From contig JBCNVB010000003.1 in assembly GCA_039630415.1 (NCBI GenBank), positions 1-64,000 of the forward strand: 64,000 nt of DNA, read 5' to 3'. Shown here in pieces: positions 9,519 to 19,120 of the stretch. Below the pieces are notes generated by a model. That model was not told the origin of the DNA. It searched no databases and saw only the letters and a list, made by a program, of their open reading frames with translations. The DNA comes from a bacterium. GTDB lineage: Bacteria; DRYD01. The translations under genes and the position numbers were made by a program. Position 1 is the first letter of the stretch. Every line of letters begins with the position of its first letter.

Positions 9519-11399
9519 CTAGTTTGAGTTTTGTTTATACTTTTTATAATTCTGTAAAGCTAGGATAAGTAGGGATATATCTGATACTCTAACACCTGCT
9601 ATTCTGGACGCTTGAGCTATAGTATTAGGTCTATATTTTGTTAGTTTTTCTCTTGCTTCATACGATAGATGTTCTATTTCAAAATAATTGAAATTCTCCG
9701 GAATTTCCATTTCTTCGTATTTTCTCATCTTTTCTATTTTCTCTTTTTCTATTTTCAAATATCCTTCGTACTTTATTTCTATTTCCACTCTTTCTTGTAT
9801 TTCTTTGTCTAGCTGTGGACGATTAATATCTAACTCTGATAAGTTTTGATAGGAAAATTCAGGTCTTTTGAGTAAAGAGTACAAGCTTTCATAACAATCT
9901 TGTAAACCAAGTTCTTTAAGTTTGTCTCTTAATTCAGGATATCTATGGGGAGAAGTATTTTTTAATCTCTCTATTTCATTTCTTATTTGGTATTGCTTTT
10001 GCTTGTATTTTTGGTAATTTGACTCTAGTATTAGACCTAATTCGTATCCTAGAGGAGTTAATCTTTCATCCGCGTTATCATGTCTAAGATAAAGTCTATA
10101 CTCTACTTTGGAAGTATGCATCCTATAAGGCTCTGTAATTTCCTTGGTTGTCAAATCATCGATCAAGGTACCTATATAGGATGAGTCTCTCGGAAGGATT
10201 AATAGGTCTTTACCTTTGGAGTATAGAGCGGCATTTATTCCTGCTACTATTCCTTGGGCTGCTGCCTCTTCATATCCAGTAGTACCATTTATCTGACCAG
10301 CTAAAAATAAACCCTTTATTTTTTTTGTCTGTAAAGTGGGTGATATTTGGTATGGTTTAACTGCATCATATTCTATCGCATATGCTGGTCTTATCATTTC
10401 TACTTGCTCTAGTCCAACGATCGTTCTTAGCATTTTCAATTGCACGTCTGCAGGTAACGATGTTGAAAAACCTTGAACATACACCTCATCATTATCAAAA
10501 CCCTCTGGCTCTAAAAATATAGGATGCTCATCTTTAGAACTAAACTTAACTATCTTATCTTCTATCGAAGGACAATACCTTACCCCTGTAGCTTCTATTT
10601 CTCCATTGTACATGGGAGATAAGTGTAGATTTTCAAGAATTATTTTTTTAGTTTCGATAGTTGTCTTGGTTAAGTAGCAGTTAAGTTGTTTTTGCGGGTA
10701 TTCTACTGTTGGGAAAAACTCAAAGAATACAGGCTCTTTTGATGGCTCTACTATAGTTAATAAATCGTAGTTTATGCTATTTCTATGGATTCTTGGAGGT
10801 GTACCTGTTTTGAGTCTAATTGTTTCAAATCCAAGCTTATGTAGTGATTGTGTTAAGTAGTTTGCTGCATATTCACCAGCTCTTCCACCTTCCATCTTGA
10901 CTTTTCCTATGTGTATTAGACCTCTGAGAAATGTACCTGTGGCAATGACCAATGCCTTACATTCATAAACCAAGCCTATTCTTGTTTTTATTCCTACTAC
11001 CTTGTTGTTTTCAGTTAATATTTCTTCGATTTCTTCTTGTTTAATTGATAGATTGGGTTGTTTTTCTAGAAGATTTCTCATGAATTTTTTGTATAGGTTT
11101 CTATCATTTTGAGATCTAAGGGCTCTGACAGCTGGTCCTTTGCTGGTGTTTAGGTAGCGTATATGTATCATGGTATGGTCTGCTGCCATACCCTGAACTC
11201 CACCTAAAGCATCTATTTCTCTTACTAAATGTCCTTTTGCAGGTCCACCTATGCTGGGGTTGCAGCTCATTTGACCTATGTTTTCGAGCAACATTGTGAA
11301 TATAGCGGTTTTACAGCCCATTTTGGACGCAGCAACTGCTGCTTCTATTCCAGCATGCCCAGCTCCTATTACTATCACATCAAATTTACCCGCCAACAT
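9519..11399 (-). CDS. mnmG: tRNA uridine-5-carboxymethylaminomethyl synthesis enzyme MnmG (GidA)
   Basis: [53 protein letters not shown]. Confidence 0.97.
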   Translation of the reverse strand: MLAGKFDVIVIGAGHAGIEAAVAASKMGCKTAIFTMLLENIGQMSCNPSIGGPAKGHLVREIDALGGVQGMAADHTMIHIRYLNTSKGPAVRALRSQNDRNLYKKFMRNLLEKQPNLSIKQEEIEEILTENNKVVGIKTRIGLVYECKALVIATGTFLRGLIHIGKVKMEGGRAGEYAANYLTQSLHKLGFETIRLKTGTPPRIHRNSINYDLLTIVEPSKEPVFFEFFPTVEYPQKQLNCYLTKTTIETKKIILENLHLSPMYNGEIEATGVRYCPSIEDKIVKFSSKDEHPIFLEPEGFDNDEVYVQGFSTSLPADVQLKMLRTIVGLEQVEMIRPAYAIEYDAVKPYQISPTLQTKKIKGLFLAGQINGTTGYEEAAAQGIVAGINAALYSKGKDLLILPRDSSYIGTLIDDLTTKEITEPYRMHTSKVEYRLYLRHDNADERLTPLGYELGLILESNYQKYKQKQYQIRNEIERLKNTSPHRYPELRDKLKELGLQDCYESLYSLLKRPEFSYQNLSELDINRPQLDKEIQERVEIEIKYEGYLKIEKEKIEKMRKYEEMEIPENFNYFEIEHLSYEAREKLTKYRPNTIAQASRIAGVRVSDISLLILALQNYKKYKQNSN

Positions 11400-11411
11400 A
11401 AAATACTCAAC

Positions 11412-11993
11412 CTACTTAGGGTTTCTATTTACTATATCCTTATTATACTCATCAAAAATAGGAAAATTTTTTTTCCTTTCTTCTAGAGCATAGTAAGACA
11501 AAAATATCAATGTTGTAAATATTACAGCAGACAACATAGAATTCTTGAAAAACGGTAAAGCCATAAAGAAACACTCTGCTAAACCTCCTAATGTTTTATC
11601 ATACATGTTTGAAAATAACCAAACTCCGAAATTCGAAATTACAAAAAATACAATACTGTTTATAAGCGCACTAGCATTCACATTTAATACTTGCTTTATT
11701 CTATCTTCAAAATAGAAAAATTTCGAATAAACAAAACTAAGTAAAAAACAAACTATGAAACTCAAGTAAACAAAAAACATACCCTTATAAAATCCTATAA
11801 AAAAATCGGATATAAATAGAACTGCTAGTGGAACTAATCCTGCTATCCATACATTTGTTTTTCTTGATATAATAAATCCACAGAAAACTGTTATTGGTAT
11901 TAGTGGCGAAAAATTGGGTTCATGGGGTATTAATCTATAGTACACCCCAAAAGCAATAAGTATTATTACAGCTAAGATATCTCTGATACCCAT
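11412..11993 (-). CDS. DUF6580-like integral membrane protein (putative vitamin transporter / ECF S-component-like)
   Basis: RLIPH.PNFSP, SD.FIGFY, FF.ISNFGVW...Y.....GL..C...ALPFF.N pattern; multiple TM helices. Confidence 0.7.
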   Translation of the reverse strand: MGIRDILAVIILIAFGVYYRLIPHEPNFSPLIPITVFCGFIISRKTNVWIAGLVPLAVLFISDFFIGFYKGMFFVYLSFIVCFLLSFVYSKFFYFEDRIKQVLNVNASALINSIVFFVISNFGVWLFSNMYDKTLGGLAECFFMALPFFKNSMLSAVIFTTLIFLSYYALEERKKNFPIFDEYNKDIVNRNPK

Positions 11994-12247
11994 TATTTTT
12001 TCTTTTTAGTTTGTTTAGCGGGTTTTTGTAGTAATTTTTGTTGATATTCTTTTCCGAATTTGGATAGGAATTTTTCTATTTTACCTTTGGCTTCTACAGT
12101 GGTTGTTGTGATTCCCTTATAAAATGGATGACATTCGGAGCATATTTCTACTCTGAGTTCTTTTTTAGTTGATATTGTTTTAAAAGTATTTCCACAACCA
12201 CAAATTACCGTTGCTTCATATACTTGTGGGTGTATATTTTTTTTCAT
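11993..12247 (-). CDS. rpmE: 50S ribosomal protein L31 (Zn-binding, C+ type)
   Basis: [23 protein letters not shown]. Confidence 0.95.
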   Translation of the reverse strand: MKKNIHPQVYEATVICGCGNTFKTISTKKELRVEICSECHPFYKGITTTTVEAKGKIEKFLSKFGKEYQQKLLQKPAKQTKKKK

Positions 12248-12258
12248 AGGTCTAGGTA

Positions 12259-12297
12259 TTTGGGGATTTATATTCCGCTTTCCCCCAAAGCGGTAAT
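12259..12297 (-). promoter_or_regulatory. Structured 5' leader of rpmE (hairpin CCGCUUU-GGGGG-AAAGCGG with a downstream complementary CCCCAAA)
   Basis: Inverted repeat at 12275-12281 / 12287-12293; alternative pairing of 12259-12265 with 12283-12289. Confidence 0.45.
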
Positions 12298-12337
12298 TTC
12301 ACCAGTCTCAATTATTAGTTTTAGTTTTAAAACTTTC

Positions 12338-13303
12338 TCATCCTTCATTTGATACTCCCATCCTGGGAATTAGTATGTCTCTTACATACTTGGGTAATGA
12401 AAAAAGAAGATTGTGAGTTTCAGAATCGTAGTATCTAAGCTCTCCAACTATTCTTTCTTTTATTCTTTTCTCTATCTCTTGTGGAGTTAGTGTAGGTATT
12501 GGTTGTTTAGATGCTAATAAAAAAGCCCAATCACTGTAAAATGAGGGTATAAATGTATGGAATATTTTTACTCCTACGAAATATTTACTAAACATATCCA
12601 CGTAATCTCTTAGAAGGGGGACATCTTCATCTTTTCTATAATCCCAAAACAACAAATCTTTCATATCTGAAGCTTGCATCACGAATATAGCTTCTGGATT
12701 GGTTATACTCTTTATAGCTTCCAAAAAGCTATCTGTGTAGATTTTGAAAGCAGGTGTACTTCCAGTAGGTTCATTCAAATCCGATATAATTACATCGAAT
12801 TTTTCCTTACAAACTTTAACATAATTCTTTATATCATCAAATACGAGTTTTACTTTGGGATTTTGAAAACTATTCTGATGCCATTCTTTTAAATGTTCTA
12901 GAGCTATTTTATGAAGTTCTTCATCTATATCTACCATTACTACTTTTTCTACTGATTTGTATTTGAGTACTTCTCTTAGTGTAGCTCCTTCACCACCACC
13001 TACTATTAGTACATTTTTAGGTTCGGGGTGAAGAATCATAGCTGGATGGACTAACGTTTCGTGATAAATGTACTCATCTACTTGTGCTGATTGAGGTTCA
13101 CTGTTTAAGACTAGTATCTTACCACTGTTAAAAGTGTCGATGATATCTATTTGCTGGTATTTACTCCTGTAGCGTACTATAACATCTTTTACTGCATGGG
13201 CATGGATTTCATACGTACTGTGGTATTCATAATACCATAACCATTGTAAAGGTAGCGACTTATCGAATTTTTCATAGTTGTCGAGGGGTATAAACAAACT
13301 CAT
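12338..13303 (-). CDS. speE: Polyamine aminopropyltransferase (spermidine synthase family)
   Basis: SKYQQIDI, DEYIYHETLVHP, VLIVGGGEGATLREV, MVDIDE, FDVIISD. Confidence 0.93.
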   Translation of the reverse strand: MSLFIPLDNYEKFDKSLPLQWLWYYEYHSTYEIHAHAVKDVIVRYRSKYQQIDIIDTFNSGKILVLNSEPQSAQVDEYIYHETLVHPAMILHPEPKNVLIVGGGEGATLREVLKYKSVEKVVMVDIDEELHKIALEHLKEWHQNSFQNPKVKLVFDDIKNYVKVCKEKFDVIISDLNEPTGSTPAFKIYTDSFLEAIKSITNPEAIFVMQASDMKDLLFWDYRKDEDVPLLRDYVDMFSKYFVGVKIFHTFIPSFYSDWAFLLASKQPIPTLTPQEIEKRIKERIVGELRYYDSETHNLLFSLPKYVRDILIPRMGVSNEG

Positions 13304-13866
13304 CTATCTACACCTACCAGTTCCATTTTACCATTAGTTTTTATTGATTTAGCAAAACCATTTGAATTATTCGAATTTCTTAGATTATTTTTTATATTTT
13401 TGTCGATTTTAATCTTTGTAGGTAGTACTCTTAGAACATTTATATTCCCTTCTACTGCTTTTATTTTGTGAGTATAGAAGTTTTTGTGTTTATTTTGGAT
13501 GCCTCTTAGGATATAGGTTGCTTTTATTTTTTGAGCTTTAAATTTTTGTGCTAGGTAGTAGCAAGCTCTAAATGGTTTGGTTGAATTTCCGCAAGTATAG
13601 ATATCAATCGCTGCATATCCTAGTTCTGGCCAGGTATGGATCGAAAGATGTGACTCGGATATAACAACTACTCCACTTACTCCTACTGGAGAAAACTTAT
13701 GGAATACACTTTTTATTACATTAGCATTTGCTTTTTGAGCTGCTTCTAACATTATCTTTTGTACGTTATTTACTTCGTTTATTTGTTCTTGACAGCACCC
13801 AGATAGTTCAACTATTATGTGCTTACCCAGGGTTGGAATAACTGGCTGTTCAATCTCTTTTTCCAT
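13300..13866 (-). CDS. speD: S-adenosylmethionine decarboxylase proenzyme (pyruvoyl, SpeD/SpeH type) with C-terminal extension
   Basis: LGKHII.EL, FHKFSPVGVSGVVVISESHLSIHTWPE, DIYTCG. A strong SD (AGGAGGGGG) favours ATG 13866 over GTG 13899. Confidence 0.9.
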   Translation of the reverse strand: MEKEIEQPVIPTLGKHIIVELSGCCQEQINEVNNVQKIMLEAAQKANANVIKSVFHKFSPVGVSGVVVISESHLSIHTWPELGYAAIDIYTCGNSTKPFRACYYLAQKFKAQKIKATYILRGIQNKHKNFYTHKIKAVEGNINVLRVLPTKIKIDKNIKNNLRNSNNSNGFAKSIKTNGKMELVGVDR

Positions 13867-14070
13867 CAATCCCCCCTCCTTTCCTTTAGTTGATTTCACT
13901 TGAATTTGTACCTAATAAACCTCACCCCCTAATTTTTTCAACTACTTTTTATATTTTAAACAAAATCTCGGATTATCCTGTACGAAGATTAAAAAATGTT
14001 TAACAAATTGAAGTAGGAAAAAGAGGAAAATTCTTGATTCGGAAAAATAAAAAAAAGAAGAGGTAAACAA

Positions 14071-14970
14071 ATGCAAAAAAGTGGATTTGTAAGTATAATA
14101 GGTAAACCCAATGTTGGTAAATCAACACTACTAAATAAAATAGTAAATTTCAAAGCATCTATAGTTTCTCCAAAACCACAAACAACCAGAGTAAACATAT
14201 ACGGCTATACAGTTTACAAAAACTCTGAGGGACATGAAATACAAATAATTTTTGTCGATACTCCCGGTTACCATAAGCCAATAAACCAACTCTCGCAAGC
14301 TATGATAAAGCAAATCTTATCCTCTATTCAAGATAGTGACCTTATTCTTTTTATCGTGGATGCAACCAATCCAGCAGAAGAACAAGACAGAAATACCATT
14401 AACATATTTGAGAAACTAGATAAACCTAAAATACTGGCAATAAACAAAATAGACAAACTGCAAGATAGAAAAATAGTCCTCACTACAATCGAAGAATACG
14501 ATAGTATGAAAATATTCAATGAAATTGTTCCCATCAGTGCTCTAAAAAATGAAAATATAGGTAAACTTTTGAAAACGATAGAAAAATATCTTCCCGAGCA
14601 ACCACATATCAACTTTGAAAATACTCAACCCTTCCTTTCTAATCTAAAATTCTACATCTCAGAAATAATAAGAGAAAAATTATTTAATTTCACCCATCAA
14701 GAACTACCCTATAAAACAGCTGTAATAGTGGAAAAAGTAGAACAAAAAAACGAAATAATCTACATAGCAGCAACCATAGTGGTTGAAAAAGAGTCACAAA
14801 AGTCAATAGTCATAGGTAAACAGGGCAAAATGATAAAAAAAATTGGAATTGCAGCAAGACAAGAACTAGAAATAATACTCGGCAAAAAAATATATCTCGA
14901 CTTATGGGTAAAAGAAAAAGAAAACTGGACCTCTAATACAGATTTCCTCAAAAGTATAGGCTATCTATAA
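14071..14970 (+). CDS. era: GTPase Era
   Basis: KSGFVSIIGKPNVGKSTLLN, IVSPKPQTTR, DTPG, NKID; KH domain with IVIGKQG. Confidence 0.97.
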   Translation: MQKSGFVSIIGKPNVGKSTLLNKIVNFKASIVSPKPQTTRVNIYGYTVYKNSEGHEIQIIFVDTPGYHKPINQLSQAMIKQILSSIQDSDLILFIVDATNPAEEQDRNTINIFEKLDKPKILAINKIDKLQDRKIVLTTIEEYDSMKIFNEIVPISALKNENIGKLLKTIEKYLPEQPHINFENTQPFLSNLKFYISEIIREKLFNFTHQELPYKTAVIVEKVEQKNEIIYIAATIVVEKESQKSIVIGKQGKMIKKIGIAARQELEIILGKKIYLDLWVKEKENWTSNTDFLKSIGYL

Positions 14971-14971
14971 A

Positions 14972-15904
14972 ATGTTCAATAAGATATTTACACTACTAAC
15001 AATAATCATCATTTTGCTTATTATTGGTGGAGGGTTGTATATATTTTTTGTGATATTTGGTGGAACTACTTCAATAAAGGTCAGTATGGGTCAAAATTTC
15101 CAATGGCAGGATTTTGAACCAACTGCTATAGCACTCGAACCCACCATCAAAACACTCTTTGTTACCGACAATAAATCCAAATCAATTAAAAAATTCATAG
15201 TTTCCGAAGAAAGTATAAGCTACTCTTCTAACATAGGAAGACTAGGAAATGACGTGGGAGAATTTAGACATCCTGTTGACATAGCTATCGATAAGAATTC
15301 TTTCGTATACGTTCTTGATTTTTACCTTTCAAAAGTAACAAAAATGGATAGCTATGGGAAGGTAATATGGGAATTTGGAAAATTTGGAAACGCAGAAACG
15401 GACCTGGCTAACCCCAAAGGATTAGGAATTGACAGAATAGGATTCCTATACATAGCAGATTCTTCTAATAACAGAATAGTTAAAATAGATCTCAACGGAA
15501 ACTTTAATATGCTTTTTGGAAAATTGGGTAAAGAACCTTTCCAGTTCAATAATCCCAGCGATGTAGCAGTCGATTCTAAAGGATACATCTATGTATGCGA
15601 TACCAATAATGATAGAATCCAGATATTCGACTCCAATGCAAATTTCATCTCCTATACCAACTACGAAAACCAACTTCAAAAACCTGAAAAAATCTACATA
15701 AGTGAAGACGATTCTCTGTATATAATAGCTAGCAACTCGATCATTAAAGCTTCTTCTAACAAAGTACTGAAAAATATTAATCCCTTCTTCGATAGAAAAA
15801 GATATCAAATGATTGACATTCTCAAATGGGTGGATAAAATATACATCCTATACATAGATAAGCAATCTGGTAAAGGGGGAATAAAGGTACAAATTGAAAA
15901 TTAA
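14972..15904 (+). CDS. Membrane-anchored NHL-repeat beta-propeller protein
   Basis: N-terminal TM helix; repeats G...GEFRHPVDIAID, LANPKGLGID, FNNPSDVAVD...IYVCDTNNDRIQIF. Confidence 0.88.
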   Translation: MFNKIFTLLTIIIILLIIGGGLYIFFVIFGGTTSIKVSMGQNFQWQDFEPTAIALEPTIKTLFVTDNKSKSIKKFIVSEESISYSSNIGRLGNDVGEFRHPVDIAIDKNSFVYVLDFYLSKVTKMDSYGKVIWEFGKFGNAETDLANPKGLGIDRIGFLYIADSSNNRIVKIDLNGNFNMLFGKLGKEPFQFNNPSDVAVDSKGYIYVCDTNNDRIQIFDSNANFISYTNYENQLQKPEKIYISEDDSLYIIASNSIIKASSNKVLKNINPFFDRKRYQMIDILKWVDKIYILYIDKQSGKGGIKVQIEN

Positions 15905-16787
15905 AAAAATACCTCCCGATAAATTTGAGAAAAACTACCAAAAAGCTATACAATGGTCAAACTCTAAACACAAAATTTATAATGAATGTAAAAGAAAATT
16001 CCTGTATAAATACTTGCTAATCTTAACTCCACCACATCAAAAACAAAAAGTCGATGAATTAAAAAAACTAACTACTTTATCTAATTGGCAAGGTGAGCTG
16101 ATTCACAGATATATTAACATACTATCTGTCATAAAATCAATAGACAAAACAATTGAAATGTTTACGAGAGAGTATCAGAATGTACTTAAAAATCCATCTC
16201 AGAAAATTTTGGAAGCCTACTACGTTATTCCTTACACTAAATATCAAATTCAGCAAATATACAATACCTGTATATTAAGTCTCAAAAACTTTTGGTTTTA
16301 CTACCAGCAAAATATATCTAATCAATCAATTATTTGCCAGGATTTACACGGAACAAAAACATTCAATTTTGAAGGAATTACTATTATGTACCGCCCAGAT
16401 ATAGTCACTCAAACACAGCAAGAAATAAAAATTTATGAATTCAAAACCTACAAAAATACTGTTGATCTTAATCAAATATTACTCTACTATTTAGTTTTTT
16501 CTTCATCTTACGACAAGTCAGTAAGAAGCTTTGTGGTTAATCTATATCCAACAATAGAGCAAAGTGAGATAGTAATAGCTAATCATCAAATTGAGCAGTA
16601 TACCCAATTAATCAAGGAAAGCTACAATCAAATAAAAACTTTTTTGGATGAATTGAGAATATTTACTCAGCAAGAAAATGAGAATTTATTCGAACTAATT
16701 TTGGAAAAATTTGAAAAAACTAGGGATAAAAATTTATGTACTAAATGTGAGTTTAGAGAACTTTGCTTTGGAAAGAGTAATAGTTGA
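15894..16787 (+). CDS. PD-(D/E)XK nuclease, Cas4/AddB-like with a 4-Cys Fe-S staple
   Basis: WS.S......C.R.F..KY, GELIH, RPD...IYEFKT, Q...Y, and C-terminal CTKCEFRELC. Confidence 0.8.
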   Translation: MKIKKIPPDKFEKNYQKAIQWSNSKHKIYNECKRKFLYKYLLILTPPHQKQKVDELKKLTTLSNWQGELIHRYINILSVIKSIDKTIEMFTREYQNVLKNPSQKILEAYYVIPYTKYQIQQIYNTCILSLKNFWFYYQQNISNQSIICQDLHGTKTFNFEGITIMYRPDIVTQTQQEIKIYEFKTYKNTVDLNQILLYYLVFSSSYDKSVRSFVVNLYPTIEQSEIVIANHQIEQYTQLIKESYNQIKTFLDELRIFTQQENENLFELILEKFEKTRDKNLCTKCEFRELCFGKSNS

Positions 16788-17517
16788 ATTTAAAGAGGTA
16801 GATTTAATAATAGATGGAGCCAAAGTACTAGATAAAGTAAGTTTTAAGATAATAGAGGGAAGTAATACGTTTATAATGGGTCCCAGTGGGGCTGGCAAAA
16901 CCACTATCCTCAAAATAGCTGCAGGACTTATCTTCCCAACCTCTGGACACATTAACGTACTTGATAAAGACATATCAAACATCAATGAATTATACCAAGT
17001 TAGAGAAAACATAGGGTTTGTTTTTCAATATAGTGCTTTAATAGATACCCTGACTGTTCTGGAAAATGTCTTACTTCCAATAAAATTTAGGCAGCCCAAG
17101 CAGTATAAAAAAGAAAAGCAAAAATATATTCAAAAAGCATTGGAAATATTAGAATTTTTAGGATTAAGTGGATTTGAAAATTACTATCCTAACAGTCTTA
17201 GTGGAGGTATGCAAAAGAGAGTAGCTTTTGCCCGCGCTATCATCACTTTACCCAAAATAGTATTCTATGACGAACCTACTAGCGGGCTAGACCCCATATC
17301 CGCCTCTCAAATTAATCTCATGATCCAACAAATAAACCAAAAATATAACATAACCAACGTAATCGTAAGTCATGACATAGTCTCTGCTGCACAAATAGCT
17401 GATTACATAATATTCATCGATAAAGGTAAAATTATCTTCTCTGGTAAACCCCAAGAATTGCAATATAGTGATAATACAGTAATACAACAGTTCTTTCTGA
17501 AAAAAATTATCCAATAG
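16768..17517 (+). CDS. ABC transporter ATPase, MlaF/Ttg2A type
   Basis: GPSGAGKT, FVFQYSAL, LSGGMQKRVAFARA, YDEPTSGLDP. TTG 16768 is the likelier start; the ORF track gives 16711. Confidence 0.88.
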   Translation: MERVIVEFKEVDLIIDGAKVLDKVSFKIIEGSNTFIMGPSGAGKTTILKIAAGLIFPTSGHINVLDKDISNINELYQVRENIGFVFQYSALIDTLTVLENVLLPIKFRQPKQYKKEKQKYIQKALEILEFLGLSGFENYYPNSLSGGMQKRVAFARAIITLPKIVFYDEPTSGLDPISASQINLMIQQINQKYNITNVIVSHDIVSAAQIADYIIFIDKGKIIFSGKPQELQYSDNTVIQQFFLKKIIQ

Positions 17518-17528
17518 GAGGGAGGTTT

Positions 17529-19040
17529 ATGCTCTACAAAAGAAAAAGTGGAATTCTATACCCTATCCATTCATTCTTTAAATCCCAAAAATATGATCTA
17601 TTTGTCGGAGATTGGGGAAATACTAAGGTAATAGATTTTATAAAAAACATGGGGTTTAAAATACTCCAGATACTTCCAATTAATCCGGTATGTAGATTAA
17701 GTTTTTCTCCTTACAGTGGTAACTCAGCTTTTGGATTAGAGCATGCACTGGTATCAGTTGATAAATTAATCCAAAATGAACTTTTAACTGAACATGAAGC
17801 TGAGCAAATACTAGCTGAGATGAACGTAAACAAAGAAGATTATCAAAGTAAAGATAAGATTGACTACAATTTAGCTATAGAATTCAAAACTAAAGCTCTT
17901 TACAAAGCTTTCAAAAAAAACTCTATGATCAATAGACTAGAAAAATGGGCACAGAAAAATCCGCACGTACATCAGTATTGCTTGTACTTGTCAATAAAAC
18001 AAGCACAAAACAATAAACCCTGGTATGAATGGGATGAAAATTTCAAAAACTACCATCAGTTCATAATAAACTACGATCAAAAAATAGATAAAGAAATTTA
18101 CTATTTTTACCTTTTTTGCCAATATATTAGTTACCGGCAGTATACTGAATTCAAAAACTATGCTAACAGTAAAGGTATATTGATAATAGGTGATATTCCA
18201 ATATATGTTTCGCATGACAGTTGTGATGTATGGGCCAATAGAGAGATATTTAAGTTACAAGAGAACGGGTATCCTGAGTTTGTTGCCGGTGTTCCACCTG
18301 ACTACTTTTCAGATACGGGACAACTATGGGGTAACCCTGTCTATAATTGGGATAAACTAAAAGAGCAAAATTTCAAATGGTGGATAAGTAGATTAAGAGT
18401 GTGTTTTGAACTTTATGATTGGGTTAGAATAGATCATTTTAGAGGATTAGTAGCTTATTGGCAAGTAAGATACGGTGAAGAAACGGCGGTAAACGGTCAA
18501 TGGATACCTGCTTATCCTTATGAATTTATTGATACTCTGCTGGATTATAAGTCATTGCCCCCTATAATAGCTGAAGATTTGGGTATCATAACACCTGATG
18601 TTGAAGAGTTTAGGGATTATTATAACATACCTGGTATGAGAGTACTTCAGTTTGCTTTTAGTGATCCATCAAATATACACCTTCCTCACCATTACTCTGA
18701 AAATCTAATTGCATACACTGGAACTCATGATAATAACACTACTAAAGGATGGTTTAGAACTGAAAACCCAAACATAGAATTTATAAAAAAGTATCTCAAT
18801 AAATACGACTTGAACGAGGAAAACATCGTCAAAAGTATGATAACTTTGCTCCTAGAATCTATTGCAAACCTTGTCATAATACCTATACAGGATATACTCG
18901 AATTGGATGAAAATTACAGAATTAACAAACCCGGAACCTCTACTAACAACTGGATATACAGAGACAATATACTACCGATTAGGATTGATCAGATAAAACA
19001 GGAATTCTATGAGTATAATAAAGTGTATCAAAGACTATAA
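17529..19040 (+). CDS. malQ: 4-alpha-glucanotransferase (amylomaltase, GH77)
   Basis: QILPINP, IIGDIPIYV..DSCDVW, AGVPPDYFS.TGQLWGNP, RIDHFRG, IAEDLG, YTGTHDN. Confidence 0.96.
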   Translation: MLYKRKSGILYPIHSFFKSQKYDLFVGDWGNTKVIDFIKNMGFKILQILPINPVCRLSFSPYSGNSAFGLEHALVSVDKLIQNELLTEHEAEQILAEMNVNKEDYQSKDKIDYNLAIEFKTKALYKAFKKNSMINRLEKWAQKNPHVHQYCLYLSIKQAQNNKPWYEWDENFKNYHQFIINYDQKIDKEIYYFYLFCQYISYRQYTEFKNYANSKGILIIGDIPIYVSHDSCDVWANREIFKLQENGYPEFVAGVPPDYFSDTGQLWGNPVYNWDKLKEQNFKWWISRLRVCFELYDWVRIDHFRGLVAYWQVRYGEETAVNGQWIPAYPYEFIDTLLDYKSLPPIIAEDLGIITPDVEEFRDYYNIPGMRVLQFAFSDPSNIHLPHHYSENLIAYTGTHDNNTTKGWFRTENPNIEFIKKYLNKYDLNEENIVKSMITLLLESIANLVIIPIQDILELDENYRINKPGTSTNNWIYRDNILPIRIDQIKQEFYEYNKVYQRL

Positions 19041-19120
19041 TAAAGTTTCTCATTGAAGGTTTTATAGATATGTATTAGAAGGTTATAATTGAACACAATT
19101 GAGTAGAACTGGGTAAAGAC

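Noticed and set aside
12248-12337. Cobalamin riboswitch upstream of rpmE and the putative vitamin transporter
   Set aside because: GGTGAAA is present, but the region is too short and lacks a recognisable B12 box.
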